DNA of 64,000 nt from Pseudidiomarina sp. Its GTDB lineage: Bacteria; Pseudomonadota; Gammaproteobacteria; Enterobacterales; Alteromonadaceae. The notes beneath the pieces are model-generated. The model was not told where the DNA came from and did no database searches. It worked only from the letters and a program-made list of their open reading frames with translations. Made by a program: the position numbers and the translations under genes. The stretch spans positions 58,299 through 122,298 of the forward strand of contig NZ_JAWVYM010000006.1 of assembly GCF_033722695.1 (NCBI RefSeq), written 5' to 3'. Positions 1-10,585 of the stretch are shown piece by piece. Within the stretch, counting starts at the first letter, position 1, and every line of letters begins with the position of its first letter.

Positions 1-150
1 GAGTTGCGCGAGCGGCTTGATGTGCCATATAAAGTGGCAATTAACGAAGCAATCGAACTGGCGAAATCGTTTGGTGCCGACGATAGCCACCGATTTGTTA
101 ATGGGGTACTGGATAAAGCTATCGATTCGCTTCGTCCGGCACGCCAGTAA
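1..150 (+). CDS. nusB: Transcription antitermination factor NusB, C-terminal fragment (5' end lies outside the window)
   Basis: Frame 1 is open from base 1 to TAA at 148-150. It translates to [49 protein letters not shown], which is typical of a NusB C-terminus. The conserved nusB-thiL-pgpA order supports the call. Confidence 0.8.
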   Translation, partial: ELRERLDVPYKVAINEAIELAKSFGADDSHRFVNGVLDKAIDSLRPARQ

Positions 151-172
151 CTAGCCAGCGCACTCATTGGTT

Positions 173-1156
173 ATGGCTTTTGGCGAATTCGATTTAATCG
201 ATACCTATTTTACCCAACGCTCCACCAAGCGTCATGATGTGGCTGTGGGAGTTGGTGATGACGGTGCGGTAGTGAGCTTGCCCGAGCACAGCGAACTGGT
301 TATCGTGACCGATACCATGGTCGCTGATGTCCACTTTGACAGTGATACCCCCGCCCGCGCCGTAGGGCACAAAATCATCGCTGTGAACCTCAGCGACCTT
401 GCCGCTATGGGTGCAGAGCCCACCTGGATTAGTCTGGCGATTACCCTGCCGCAAGTTGATCACGACTGGCTGGAGGATTTTGCCGTCGGCCTGCGCGAGA
501 TATGTGACTACTATGGCTGCCAGCTAATTGGCGGCGATACCACCCAGGGGCCATTAAGCCTTACCGTAACAGCTCATGGTGTGGTGCCGGCAGACAGCGC
601 GTTAAAGCGCAGTGGCGCCCGCCCCGGCGACTGGATTTACCTCAGTGGCCCCCTGGGTGATGCTGGCCTGGCGTTGGCGGCACGGCAGCAGAAAGCTAAA
701 CTCACTGATGAACACTATAAACGCGTTACTGATCGGCTGTACTTTCCGTCGCCACGAGTGGCATTGGGCCAGTCGCTACGCGGTATAGCCAGTAGTGCCA
801 TCGATATCTCTGACGGTCTGGCAGCGGATTTGGGCCACATTCTTAAAGCATCGGGTGTCGGTGCCCGGGTTTCTCTCGAAGCGGTGCCGTTATCCTTGCC
901 CCTGACTGAAAGCGTGAGCCAGGAGCAGGCGCTGACACTGGCGCTGGTAAGTGGCGATGACTACGAACTCTGCTTTACGGTGCCCGAATCGCGGCGCGGT
1001 GTTTTTGATACCTTAATTGCCCATAGCCCGACCAAGCCGATTTGTATTGGCCGCATCAATAACGAATCCGGTAAGCTCAAACTGGAACTTGATGGCGAGC
1101 CCTGGGAGTTGCCCGACAAAAGTAACGGCTTTCAGCATTTCAGTGAGCGCAAATAG
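173..1156 (+). CDS. thiL: Thiamine-monophosphate kinase
   Basis: AIR-synthase-like fold motifs are present (GDDGAV, DTMVADVHF, GGDTT). The N-terminus MAFGEFDLIDTYF parallels E. coli ThiL. ATG at 173 is preferred over the track's TTG at 167. Confidence 0.9.
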   Translation: MAFGEFDLIDTYFTQRSTKRHDVAVGVGDDGAVVSLPEHSELVIVTDTMVADVHFDSDTPARAVGHKIIAVNLSDLAAMGAEPTWISLAITLPQVDHDWLEDFAVGLREICDYYGCQLIGGDTTQGPLSLTVTAHGVVPADSALKRSGARPGDWIYLSGPLGDAGLALAARQQKAKLTDEHYKRVTDRLYFPSPRVALGQSLRGIASSAIDISDGLAADLGHILKASGVGARVSLEAVPLSLPLTESVSQEQALTLALVSGDDYELCFTVPESRRGVFDTLIAHSPTKPICIGRINNESGKLKLELDGEPWELPDKSNGFQHFSERK

Positions 1157-1167
1157 GGTGGTTCGCC

Positions 1168-1656
1168 ATGTCTGAAAACCGCTATTACCGCCTGCTGCTA
1201 AACCCTTTTCATCTGCTCTCGCTGGGCTTTGGGAGCGGGCTTGCCCCCAAAGCTCCGGGCACATTCGGTACCGCCGCCGCGATTCCCCTGTGCTGGTTAC
1301 TGCAACAAGCGGGTTTGTCGGTTTACGGAATTGTTACGGTAGTGGCCTGTATCGCCGGTATCTGGCTTTGTGGCTATACCGCCAGAGCTATGGGAGAAGA
1401 TGACCATCCGGCGATTGTCTGGGATGAAATTGCGGGCTTTATGATTGCTATGTTCGCTGTACCCTTTACCTGGTACAACCTACTTATCGCTTTTGTATTG
1501 TTTCGCTTTTTTGATGTGGTCAAACCCGGGCCGATCGGCTGGTGTGACAGAAATCTGCATGGCGGCTTTGGCATTATGGCCGACGACCTGATCGCCGGCC
1601 TGGCCAGTGCTCTGTTACTTCATGGTGGCTATTCGGTCATTAATCTGCTGGGTTAA
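1168..1656 (+). CDS. pgpA: Phosphatidylglycerophosphatase A
   Basis: 162-aa membrane protein carrying [14 protein letters not shown] and WDEIAG motifs. It sits downstream of thiL, as in enterobacteria. Confidence 0.9.
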   Translation: MSENRYYRLLLNPFHLLSLGFGSGLAPKAPGTFGTAAAIPLCWLLQQAGLSVYGIVTVVACIAGIWLCGYTARAMGEDDHPAIVWDEIAGFMIAMFAVPFTWYNLLIAFVLFRFFDVVKPGPIGWCDRNLHGGFGIMADDLIAGLASALLLHGGYSVINLLG

Positions 1657-3498
1657 ACCGGCAGCGTCCAGTTGCAGTTCTTGACGGATTTCATCTTGGC
1701 CGCCATGCTTGATAAAGCTGTCGGGCAAACCAATTATCAGGAGCTTAACTGCGCTGTTTTTGCTTTGTAAGTACTCACCAACGGCACTGCCTGCGCCACC
1801 TGCGGTAACATTCTCTTCAACCGTCACCAACAGCTCATGATCAGCAGCCAGCTCGTCAATTAAAGCGGTATCCAGCGGTTTCACAAAACGCATGTCAGCG
1901 ACAGTAGCATCAAGCTCACCAGCGCACTCGTTGACTTCGTTGAGCAAGGTACCGAAATTCAGTATCGCAACACTTTTGCCTTTGCGCAGTATGCGTCCTT
2001 TGCCGATCTCTAACTGCTGCATTTGCTGGTCAAACTGACAGCCAGTGCCGTTACCACGCGGATAACGCACCGCCGCCGGTTGTTGCAGCAAATGGCCGGT
2101 ATAGAGCATATTCCGGCATTCGTTTTCATCACTGGGTGTCATAACCACCATATTCGGTACACACCGCAGGTAACTCAGATCGAAGGCGCCCTGATGGGTC
2201 GGGCCATCGGCACCGACTACACCGGCCCGGTCGATAGCAAATAGTACCGGCAGGTTCTGCAGCGCCACGTCGTGAATCAGCTGATCGTAGGCGCGTTGCA
2301 GGAAGGTCGAATAAATGGCGACTACCGGATGGTAACCACCGATGGCCAGGCCGGCACCGAAAGTAACCGCGTGCTGCTCAGCAATGGCGACATCAAAATA
2401 TTGCTCAGGAAACTTCTGCGAAAACTCCACCATGCCTGATCCTTCCCGCATGGCAGGGGTGACCGCCATCAGTTTTGGGTCCTGCTGCGCCATCTCACAT
2501 AGCCAGGCACCGAATACCTGAGAGTAAGACGGTGTCAACGCCGGTTTGGAAGGCAGCGAGGTCAGAGTTGGATCGAACTTGGGCACACCATGGTAGCCAA
2601 TTGGATCTTTCTCGGCGGGTTCGTAGCCTTTACCTTTGCGGGTAACTACATGCAGAAATTGCGGACCCTTGAGGCTGCGCATATTGCGTAAGGTATCAAC
2701 CAGCAGGTTCACGTCATGGCCGTCGATCGGGCCAATGTAATTAAAGCCCAATTCTTCAAAGATAATTCCGGGGGCGACAATACCTTTCATGTGTTCTTCA
2801 GCACGGCTGGCCAGATGCTGAATCCCCGGCATGCCCTGCAGCAGCTTTTTGCTGCTTTCGCGGATAGATGTATAGAACTTACCTGATAGCACCCGGGCTA
2901 AATGATTATTCAGGGCACCAACATTCTCTGAAATCGACATGTCATTGTCGTTCAGGATAACCAGCATATCCGGACTGATATCACCGGCATGGTTAAGCGC
3001 CTCAAAGGCCATGCCAGCGGTCAGCGCGCCGTCACCAATAATAGCGACAACTTTCTGCTGGGTCTGATTACGCTCTGCTGCAATCGCCATGCCCAGCGCC
3101 GCGCTGATGGAGGTACTTGAATGACCGACACATAGCGTGTCGTAGTCACTTTCTTCACGCCACGGGAAGGGGTGCAGGCCGTCTTTCTGGCGAATCGTAT
3201 GCAGCTGTTCTTTACGCCCGGTGAGAATCTTATGCGGATAAGCCTGATGCCCGACATCCCAAACCAACTGGTCATAGGGGGTGGCATAAACATAATGCAG
3301 TGCGACGGTCAGTTCAACGGTTCCCAGCCCTGACGCCAGGTGGCCACTGCTGCGGCTCACTGAGTTAAGCAGGAACTCACGCACCTCACCACATAATTGT
3401 GGCAACTGGCGCTCGGTCAGGCGGCGCAGGTCGGCGGGAAGCTCAATGTTATTCAGCAGCGGAAAGGAAGCTGGCTGGTTACTACGCGAAGAAGACAT
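1615..3498 (-). CDS. dxs: 1-deoxy-D-xylulose-5-phosphate synthase
   Basis: 627 aa with the TPP-binding motif [15 protein letters not shown] and a transketolase-like domain. It is the last gene of the conserved xseB-ispA-dxs operon. Confidence 0.97.
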   Translation of the reverse strand: MSSSRSNQPASFPLLNNIELPADLRRLTERQLPQLCGEVREFLLNSVSRSSGHLASGLGTVELTVALHYVYATPYDQLVWDVGHQAYPHKILTGRKEQLHTIRQKDGLHPFPWREESDYDTLCVGHSSTSISAALGMAIAAERNQTQQKVVAIIGDGALTAGMAFEALNHAGDISPDMLVILNDNDMSISENVGALNNHLARVLSGKFYTSIRESSKKLLQGMPGIQHLASRAEEHMKGIVAPGIIFEELGFNYIGPIDGHDVNLLVDTLRNMRSLKGPQFLHVVTRKGKGYEPAEKDPIGYHGVPKFDPTLTSLPSKPALTPSYSQVFGAWLCEMAQQDPKLMAVTPAMREGSGMVEFSQKFPEQYFDVAIAEQHAVTFGAGLAIGGYHPVVAIYSTFLQRAYDQLIHDVALQNLPVLFAIDRAGVVGADGPTHQGAFDLSYLRCVPNMVVMTPSDENECRNMLYTGHLLQQPAAVRYPRGNGTGCQFDQQMQQLEIGKGRILRKGKSVAILNFGTLLNEVNECAGELDATVADMRFVKPLDTALIDELAADHELLVTVEENVTAGGAGSAVGEYLQSKNSAVKLLIIGLPDSFIKHGGQDEIRQELQLDAAGLTQQINDRIATMK

Positions 3499-3502
3499 GG
3501 TG

Positions 3503-4390
3503 TTAATAATCCCGGGTCAGCAGCGATTCTGCAAGTTTTTCTAATACCAGAGTATTGTAAGGGATTCTGCCAAGGGCATGAAGCGCTTTCTGGTGTAATG
3601 CGTTTACTTCAGCGCGAGCGCCGTCCAGCCCTAACAGTTGGACATAGGTCGCTTTATTGGCGTTAATATCACTGCCCTGGGTTTTTCCCAGCGCTTCTGT
3701 GCTGCCGGTTACGTCAAGAATGTCGTCCTGCACCTGAAATGCCAGGCCGAGGTGCGCAGCGTAAGCATCGAAGTCCGCCAGATAGCGCTGCGCCTCTACA
3801 CTGCCGGCCAGTACGCCGAGTTTTGCTGCGGCCCGGATAAGGGCGCCGGTTTTGTGCTGGTGAACCTGCTCGAGCTGGGTCTGCGTCAGTTGTCGCGCGG
3901 TTGCTTCCAGATCGAGGGCCTGACCGCCGCACATGCCTTTATCGCCACTTGCTATCGCCAGACATTGCACCATCGCCAGTTGCTGCGCGGCATTGACCTG
4001 TGGCTCGGGCTGGCTCAGCAGCTCGAAAGCGAGCGCCTGTAAGGCGTCGCCGGCTAATATCGCCGTTGCTTCATCAAAAGCTATATGGCAGCTTGGCTGG
4101 CCGCGACGCAAAACGTCGTCGTCCATAGCCGGTAAATCATCATGGATAAGGGAATACGCATGGATTGCTTCTACTGCAGCGGCGGCCCGACGAGCCAGCG
4201 CCGGAGGAGCGCCGCATAGCTGTGCGATTTGCAGGGTCAGGAACGGCCGTACCCGTTTACCGCCAAGCACTAAAGCATAGTGCATGGCCTTATTTAACCG
4301 GGAAGAGGGCGCTTGTCTCGCCGCAATGATCTCTGTTAAAAATCCATTGATCTCGTGCTGGCAATCATTGAGCAAAGCGGCTAGCTTCAC
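3503..4390 (-). CDS. ispA: (2E,6E)-farnesyl diphosphate synthase
   Basis: Both polyprenyl synthase aspartate-rich motifs are present ([12 protein letters not shown] and FQVQDDILD). The GTG start overlaps the xseB stop (GTGA). Confidence 0.93.
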   Translation of the reverse strand: MKLAALLNDCQHEINGFLTEIIAARQAPSSRLNKAMHYALVLGGKRVRPFLTLQIAQLCGAPPALARRAAAAVEAIHAYSLIHDDLPAMDDDVLRRGQPSCHIAFDEATAILAGDALQALAFELLSQPEPQVNAAQQLAMVQCLAIASGDKGMCGGQALDLEATARQLTQTQLEQVHQHKTGALIRAAAKLGVLAGSVEAQRYLADFDAYAAHLGLAFQVQDDILDVTGSTEALGKTQGSDINANKATYVQLLGLDGARAEVNALHQKALHALGRIPYNTLVLEKLAESLLTRDY

Positions 4391-4641
4391 GCATCATCCT
4401 CTTGATTATCGGGCTGATTATCGAAAGGAACTAAAGCTTCTTCAGCTTCACCGCCTTGCTGTTGCAGAAGTTTGCTTACCTTCTGTTCGGCCTGCTGTAA
4501 TTTGTTCTGGCTAATGCGGGATAAACTCACTGCTTTTTCAAATTTTTCCAGTGCTTGCTCAAGCGGTAGCTCGCCTTGCTCCAACTGGACGACAATTTCT
4601 TCCAGTTGCTGCATTGCTTGCTCGAAGGTTAAATCAGCCAT
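4387..4641 (-). CDS. xseB: Exodeoxyribonuclease VII small subunit
   Basis: 84 aa, with a [26 protein letters not shown] signature. It is the first gene of the xseB-ispA-dxs operon. Confidence 0.9.
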   Translation of the reverse strand: MADLTFEQAMQQLEEIVVQLEQGELPLEQALEKFEKAVSLSRISQNKLQQAEQKVSKLLQQQGGEAEEALVPFDNQPDNQEDDA

Positions 4642-4745
4642 AAATCCACCTATGAGTTCGTCAGCCGCACAAGTTACCCTGATTCCGATGCGTGGTCAAA
4701 TCAGGTATAATGCGCCACTTTTTAGGATTGGAACAGCCACCACCG

Positions 4746-6233
4746 ATGAAATTTATTATCCGGCTACATGCTGAAATTACCATTAAAAGTGATAGCGTTC
4801 GTAAGCGCTTTGGCAAAGTATTGGTAAATAACCTTAAAAACATATTGAGCCGCAAGCAGCTGCCTGTCACAGTAAGCTGGCATTGGGATCGCATTGACTT
4901 AACGAGTGCTGAAAATACGCCAGAGTTAGCTGACAAAATCAGCGATGAACTCATGCGCATTCCCGGCATCGCCTGGTTCAGCCGTTCTCATGAGTTAGCA
5001 CTGGCCGAGCAAGCAGGCGAAGCCGATTTCGGCCCGATTCTCGAGCAAGTACTAAGCTGCTGGCAGCAACGCCTGACAGGACGCAGCTTTGCGGTGCGGG
5101 TAAAGCGTAAAGGCCAGCATAGTTTTAGCTCACAGGATTTGGAGCGCTATATTGGCGGCGGGCTGTTGGCGCATGTAGATAATGCCCGCGTAAATTTGCG
5201 CCGCCCCGATACCGAAGTCCGCATTGAAGTAGACCGGCAGGTGGTGCGAGTGTTTGAAGACAAGCAACCCGGTATCGGTGGCTTTCCGCTACCGACTCAG
5301 GAAACCGTACTGAGCCTGCTGTCCGGCGGTTTTGATTCGAGTGTGGCAAGCTTTCAGTTATTACGTCGCGGTGCCCGTACCCATTTTTGCTTTTTTAATC
5401 TGGGGGGTGATCAGCACGAAACCGGTGTGCAGCAGACGGCTTATTATTTATGGCAGCAGTATGCCAGCTCCCATCCGTTGAAATTTATTAGTATCGATTT
5501 TGCCCCGGTAGTAACGGAGATTCTTGAGCGCGTCGATAATGGCTTGATGGGCGTGGTGTTAAAGCGGCAAATGCTGCGCGCCGCCGAAATCGTGGCCGAC
5601 CGCCTCAATACTGCGGCCATTGTTACCGGTGAGGCCTTAGGGCAGGTATCCAGCCAGACCTTAAGCAATCTGAGCGTGATTGATGAGGCAACCCGGAAAC
5701 TGGTACTACGGCCGTTGATTGTGATGGACAAGCAGGACATCATTAACATTGCGCAACAAATTGGTACCGCAGATATTGCCAGAAGTATGCCAGAATATTG
5801 CGGCGTGATTTCTGTTAAGCCGACGGTCAAAGCTGACCGGGGGGCTATTGCTGCGGCTGAAGCTCAGCTTGATTCGCGGTTGATTGAGCAGCAGGTGTCG
5901 GCGGCCAATGTTGTTGACGTGCGCGACATTGGGGAAGCAGCGGCTGCGCGGGTCGAATCGGTCGCGACGATTTCAGAACTTGGTAACAATATGACGGTGC
6001 TGGATATTCGCGCCAATGATGTTCAGGAGTTGGCGCCGTTAAGCGCTGAAGAGCTGGGCGCCCCGGTTATGCATATCCCTTTTTTCCGGCTGGCCTCGAA
6101 ATTTACTGAACTTGATCCGGACACCACCTATTTGTTGTACTGTGATAGAGGGGTAATGAGTCAGATTCAGGCGTTATACCTGCAAGAACAGGGGTTCCGG
6201 AACGTGGCGGTTTATAACCCAAAGAAAATGTGA
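4746..6233 (+). CDS. thiI: tRNA 4-thiouridine(8) synthase ThiI with C-terminal rhodanese domain
   Basis: MKFIIRLHAEITIKS N-terminus (THUMP domain), PP-loop SGGFDS, and a C-terminal rhodanese Cys (YCDRGVMS). A TATAAT at 4706-4711 lies downstream of the track's ATG at 4692, so the start is taken as 4746. Confidence 0.93.
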   Translation: MKFIIRLHAEITIKSDSVRKRFGKVLVNNLKNILSRKQLPVTVSWHWDRIDLTSAENTPELADKISDELMRIPGIAWFSRSHELALAEQAGEADFGPILEQVLSCWQQRLTGRSFAVRVKRKGQHSFSSQDLERYIGGGLLAHVDNARVNLRRPDTEVRIEVDRQVVRVFEDKQPGIGGFPLPTQETVLSLLSGGFDSSVASFQLLRRGARTHFCFFNLGGDQHETGVQQTAYYLWQQYASSHPLKFISIDFAPVVTEILERVDNGLMGVVLKRQMLRAAEIVADRLNTAAIVTGEALGQVSSQTLSNLSVIDEATRKLVLRPLIVMDKQDIINIAQQIGTADIARSMPEYCGVISVKPTVKADRGAIAAAEAQLDSRLIEQQVSAANVVDVRDIGEAAAARVESVATISELGNNMTVLDIRANDVQELAPLSAEELGAPVMHIPFFRLASKFTELDPDTTYLLYCDRGVMSQIQALYLQEQGFRNVAVYNPKKM

Positions 6234-6292
6234 TTAAACCCAAAAAGATACTGATGTGGTCAGGATGAAGCCGCATTCAGAAGGATCTGTAC

Positions 6293-6652
6293 ATGACCAA
6301 GAAAAATACCGCCCGATTATTGTTTTTACTGGTGCTGATCGGGCTCTCAGCGATATTTTTGATGCGTTTCTCATCGGGCGATCTGCCGCGTTTTGAACAT
6401 GCGGATAAAGTCGTGCATTTTGGCGCGTTTTTCATTCTGGCACTAACCTTCCACCGGGCCTTTCCGATCCCGTTTTGGGTCGCGTTGATAATTCTGACGG
6501 CCTACGGGCTGGCAATTGAATATGTGCAGAACCTGCTCCCATACCGGCAGGCCAGTATGGGCGATCTACTTGCAGATGCCGCGGGCGCGGCAGCCTATTA
6601 TTTGCTGGTCTGGTGGCGTTACCAGCGGCGCAAGGTAAAAGCCAGAAGCTAA
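6293..6652 (+). CDS. VanZ-like family small membrane protein
   Basis: 119 aa with 4 predicted TM segments and a VanZ-like pattern (DKVVHFGAFFILA ... YGLAIEYVQ ... DLLADAAGA). Confidence 0.6.
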   Translation: MTKKNTARLLFLLVLIGLSAIFLMRFSSGDLPRFEHADKVVHFGAFFILALTFHRAFPIPFWVALIILTAYGLAIEYVQNLLPYRQASMGDLLADAAGAAAYYLLVWWRYQRRKVKARS

Positions 6653-6653
6653 A

Positions 6654-7871
6654 CTATTTGCTCTTTTTGCTTTTGGTTTTAGCTTTGGTCTTAGGTTTTT
6701 TCTTACGTTTTACCACTTCCGGGAACTTATATTGTGGCCGCAATTCGTCATAGACGCGCCGCTCTATCTTGATTTTCTGGTAGCGCTCGATGCGGCGCAG
6801 AAGCTCAGCATCATGGGCTTCTACCAGCGCGACCGCAATACCTGATTTACCCGCCCGGCCGGTACGACCGATACGATGCAAATAGACATCAGCCTGCTTT
6901 GGTAAATCATAATTCACGACCAGCTCAATATCTTCAATATCCAGGCCGCGGGCTGCTACATCGGTGGCGATCAGGGTGCTGTTATCGAATTTCTCCATAC
7001 GCGCGATAATCTTCTGTCGGTCACTCTGCGGCATGTCTCCACGTAAGGTGAGGTTCAGCACGCCGGCTTGTTGCAGGCGACCTGCCAGCTCATCCACTTT
7101 CTCGCGGGTACGCACAAAAATCACCCGACGGCCCGGGTGATCCTGCAGTAACCGCAATAACAGCTGAAATTTGTGCTGGGCGGTATCAGCCTGGTACCAG
7201 CGCTGCAGGATTTTGCCTTTCTCACGTTTGGGCGGCTCGATCAGAATGTGCTGTGGCTCTTTCTGCAACTCGGCAGAGAAGCGCCGCACACCAACGCTAT
7301 CAAGCGTGGCTGAGAATAGCAGCGACTGCTGTAAGTTACGCGCCGCATCAGCAATAGACTTCACAGTATTGGCAAAGCCCATATCGAGCATGCGATCGGC
7401 TTCATCAATAATCAGCCATTCGATTAGGTCAAGTTCGACCCGATCGGCGCCGAGTAAATCAACCAGACGCCCTGGAGTGGAAACCAGAATATCATGGCTC
7501 TTTTCCAGTTGTTCGTGCTGACTGCCATAGTTAACACCGCCAGTTATAAGCACGGTGCGTAGGCCGGTGGTTTCTTCAAACGCATCGGCTTGTTCAGCAA
7601 TCTGCTGCGCCAGCTCCCGGGTTGGGGCCAGAATCAGAACCCGTGCCGGGCCCGGCTGACGGCGCGGGAAATCGCGCAAATGCTGCAAGGCTGGTAGCAA
7701 AAAGGACAAAGTTTTTCCGGTACCTGTTGGTGAAGTCACCAGCAGATCCTGTCCGTCCAGCGCCGCCGGAATTACCGCCTGCTGCACTTTAGCGGGCTTA
7801 TTCAGCTCGGCGCCCAGCAGTACCTGAATTAATTCTTCGTCAAGTTCCAGTTCTTCCCAGTCCGGGGTCAT
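6654..7871 (-). CDS. DEAD-box ATP-dependent RNA helicase with Lys-rich C-terminal tail
   Basis: Motifs present: Q-motif region, PTGTGKT (Walker A), DEAD, SAT, HRIGRTGRAG. The basic tail is KRKKKPKTKAKTKSKKSK. Confidence 0.9.
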   Translation of the reverse strand: MTPDWEELELDEELIQVLLGAELNKPAKVQQAVIPAALDGQDLLVTSPTGTGKTLSFLLPALQHLRDFPRRQPGPARVLILAPTRELAQQIAEQADAFEETTGLRTVLITGGVNYGSQHEQLEKSHDILVSTPGRLVDLLGADRVELDLIEWLIIDEADRMLDMGFANTVKSIADAARNLQQSLLFSATLDSVGVRRFSAELQKEPQHILIEPPKREKGKILQRWYQADTAQHKFQLLLRLLQDHPGRRVIFVRTREKVDELAGRLQQAGVLNLTLRGDMPQSDRQKIIARMEKFDNSTLIATDVAARGLDIEDIELVVNYDLPKQADVYLHRIGRTGRAGKSGIAVALVEAHDAELLRRIERYQKIKIERRVYDELRPQYKFPEVVKRKKKPKTKAKTKSKKSK

Positions 7872-7915
7872 TATGCGTTCCTATAGTTACATATTCTGGC
7901 AAGGTGCCGGCTGCT

Positions 7916-9592
7916 TTACAGCCCGAGCACCTCTTTGCCTTGTTTAAAGGTAATGTCGACAGGTATAGCAGCATCGGACAGCCGATCAAGGTCGGCCTGT
8001 AGCTGCGGGCTGACGCCGCCCATGGTGTCGAAAAGCTTGGTAACGCCCTGATAGTCACCATCGCCCTGCAGGGTAAGGATGTGCTCGGACAAGTTATTCA
8101 TGGCGGTGCGCATGGCATCCATATTGACTGAATACTGGCCGAGTTCATTGCGGCTGAAGGCTCCGGCCTGCTCAAAGTAGTTAAAGCGGATCATGTTGGC
8201 CTGGCCATGGGCGCTGGAAGCGCCAAAGCGCACCGAGCGGAAGATACCGGCCAGGAAGGTGGTGTAATAATCTTCCAGCTGACCTTCATTGATCACGCCC
8301 TGTTCAAGCAGCTCAGTGACCATGTAAAGCCCGAGAATATCGGCTTTGCCTTCTTCCAGGGCCCCGGCTTTCTCTTTCAGCGCCTCGCGCACAGTGCCGT
8401 CACCGTCAACCAGGTTTTTAATGCCCAGACCATGAGCTACTTCGTGGAACATGGTGTTGGCAAAAAACGCGTCAAAGGTAATGTATTGGCGCTGCTCTGG
8501 AACAATCAGGAGCTCGGATATAGGCAGCAGGATCTCGTCAAATTTAGCGCGCATGGCATTTTTAAGCTGCAGCCGACGGGTGCCTTTTTCCAGTTGCACT
8601 TGTTCATCGTTTGGCAGGTTGATCGCAATGGTCTTACTGCCGGCGTTCGAATGGCCGGCGTAGTAGACCACCTCATAGGCGTTCAACTGCGCACCTGAGC
8701 CCGGCACTTCCTGTTTGTATTTTTCAGGGACCGGTAAATTACGCTGTAATTGCGGCAGGTACTGGGCGTAGCGGGCCAGCCGCTCACTCCAGGCCATATC
8801 TTTCACCAATACATAAGATTCAAAGCCGGCACGATAACCGAACAGCTTATCTTCGTAGGTTTCAATCGGACCGATAACCACATCAAGTTCATTGGTGGTC
8901 ATGTCCATCCACGCCATGTCGGATGGCTGGTATTCATTACTGATGAAGGCGTCGGCCCGCAACCGCAGGTAACTCGCAAAAGACTCATCTTCAACGAACT
9001 CGGCAGCTTCCCGCAGTAGCTCGGCGGCGCGCTTGAGCTGCGCGGCATAAGCGACATTGTATGCAACGCTATAGAGCTTGCCTTCGGCATCCCGCCGCAC
9101 CAGGGTGTAAAGATCAATTTTGCCGGGAAAGTCAGCGGCTTCAAATTCTTCCCGAGTCATGTCAGCTGGGTAGAAGTTGGCGCCTGGCGGCTTCGGCCCG
9201 ACACCCACCAGAAACGGTTCGTTATTGTTCAGGCGATCCCATGGGCCATAGTTAATGTCCGCGAACTGACGCACTAAAGGGTCACCCAGACTGTTTAGCA
9301 AGGCTTCTTTTTCGCCCGGGTAAGCCTGGTGCCAAAACAACTCATCCATAATCTGAGAGGCTTCAATGAGCAGCTCGATCGCATGGTGCTGACGGTTCGA
9401 CAGATGGGATAAGTCGGCAGTAAGAGTAACCGGCGTATAAATGCTCAGACGCGCCTCGGCGCCTTCAACCAGCTCGAGTTGTGGTAGCGGCTCATCAATA
9501 GCATCTTCGTTAATCTGCGGTCCACATGCGGCTAATAAAACTGAAGAAACCACCATAATGGCTGTGCTGATCCGATTTATTTTTGTCTTCAT
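7916..9592 (-). CDS. Zn-metallopeptidase-like lipoprotein, dipeptidyl-peptidase III (M49)-related
   Basis: A lipobox is present (VLLAAC|G). HEVAH is followed 27 aa later by EEGKAD, which matches the M49 second motif EEX(R/K)A(E/D). Confidence 0.65.
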   Translation of the reverse strand: MKTKINRISTAIMVVSSVLLAACGPQINEDAIDEPLPQLELVEGAEARLSIYTPVTLTADLSHLSNRQHHAIELLIEASQIMDELFWHQAYPGEKEALLNSLGDPLVRQFADINYGPWDRLNNNEPFLVGVGPKPPGANFYPADMTREEFEAADFPGKIDLYTLVRRDAEGKLYSVAYNVAYAAQLKRAAELLREAAEFVEDESFASYLRLRADAFISNEYQPSDMAWMDMTTNELDVVIGPIETYEDKLFGYRAGFESYVLVKDMAWSERLARYAQYLPQLQRNLPVPEKYKQEVPGSGAQLNAYEVVYYAGHSNAGSKTIAINLPNDEQVQLEKGTRRLQLKNAMRAKFDEILLPISELLIVPEQRQYITFDAFFANTMFHEVAHGLGIKNLVDGDGTVREALKEKAGALEEGKADILGLYMVTELLEQGVINEGQLEDYYTTFLAGIFRSVRFGASSAHGQANMIRFNYFEQAGAFSRNELGQYSVNMDAMRTAMNNLSEHILTLQGDGDYQGVTKLFDTMGGVSPQLQADLDRLSDAAIPVDITFKQGKEVLGL

Positions 9593-9666
9593 GGCTCACC
9601 TGTTGTTCAGTCTGTTGTTCGGGTTTAAAAGAAGCGCTTAAGCAATGGATATCAATTTACGCTCTT

Positions 9667-10560
9667 TTAGCTTTTAAATAAACTGACCAGCGCCGGATAG
9701 AATTCATTGATTTCACCGCTAAAGAGGGCGAAGTCGGCGTCGATTTTGTCTTCTGCTGAGGCATCGACCAGTTTGTCCTGCTCATCCAGCAGCATGTCTG
9801 TGGCCTTGAAACGCTTAACCGCCAGGTCATGCTCAAGCACAAAGCTAATGCGCTCACGCCACTCCAGACCAAGTTTAGTCGCTTGTTTGCCATGCTGCAG
9901 GTGGGTGTCAATTTCTGTGCTGGTCAGATCGTGTTGCCGACAGCGGACAATACCGCCTTCGTCGTCGGTATCACGCAGTTCAACCTCAGTGCCAAATTCA
10001 AAATCGCCCGGTACCTGCGAAGCGCGCAGCCACTCAGTAAAATAAACTTCAGATGGTTGCTCATTAAACAGTGGCTTAACCGGCAGCGAGCCGAAGCTGC
10101 TGCGCATCAGCCCCAGAAAATCTTCCGCGCGATTCCCGGCCGACGCATCAACAACGACAATTCGCTGTTTCAGGCTGATCATGCCCCAGGTTAATTTAAA
10201 GCGGGTAAAGGCTTGTGGCAGTAAGCGGTGCACCAGATCTTCTTTGAGTGCCTGCTTTTCTTTACCAGCCACGCGGCGGCCCTGCTCACTTTCAATTTGC
10301 TGCAGTTGCTCATCCAGTTGCGCATTAACAACACTGGATGGCAGTACTTTCTCTTCTTTGCGGGCGCAGAACAGGTAATTGTCACCGATCTGATGGTAAA
10401 GGACCTCGCTTTGCTGGCCGAACGGTGATGTCCAGCCGAAGCTGGCCAGTTCCTGGCGGCCACATGGCGTGAACTGATAGGCGCTGAGAGCCTGCTCCAA
10501 ATCGGCAGGCATGGCAAAATCTTCAGCGAGCGTATAAATGCGCAGATTACGAAACCACAT
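9667..10560 (-). CDS. rdgC: Recombination-associated protein RdgC
   Basis: 297 aa with the characteristic MWFRNLRIY N-terminus and RdgC-like sequence over its full length. Confidence 0.9.
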   Translation of the reverse strand: MWFRNLRIYTLAEDFAMPADLEQALSAYQFTPCGRQELASFGWTSPFGQQSEVLYHQIGDNYLFCARKEEKVLPSSVVNAQLDEQLQQIESEQGRRVAGKEKQALKEDLVHRLLPQAFTRFKLTWGMISLKQRIVVVDASAGNRAEDFLGLMRSSFGSLPVKPLFNEQPSEVYFTEWLRASQVPGDFEFGTEVELRDTDDEGGIVRCRQHDLTSTEIDTHLQHGKQATKLGLEWRERISFVLEHDLAVKRFKATDMLLDEQDKLVDASAEDKIDADFALFSGEINEFYPALVSLFKS

Positions 10561-10585
10561 GAAAAAATCCTTGCTGAGTGCTTAC

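Noticed and set aside
4692-4745. N-terminal extensions in the ORF track: thiI from 4692, ubiI from 47724, gcvP from 51638, GAPDH from 59211, GGDEF-EAL from 54644, phoB from 31083, pepP from 45323, HK from 12328, thiL from 167
   Set aside because: The extensions overlap upstream genes, promoters or terminators, or use TTG or GTG without a Shine-Dalgarno. Internal ATGs give N-termini matching the known protein families and have better ribosome-binding sites.
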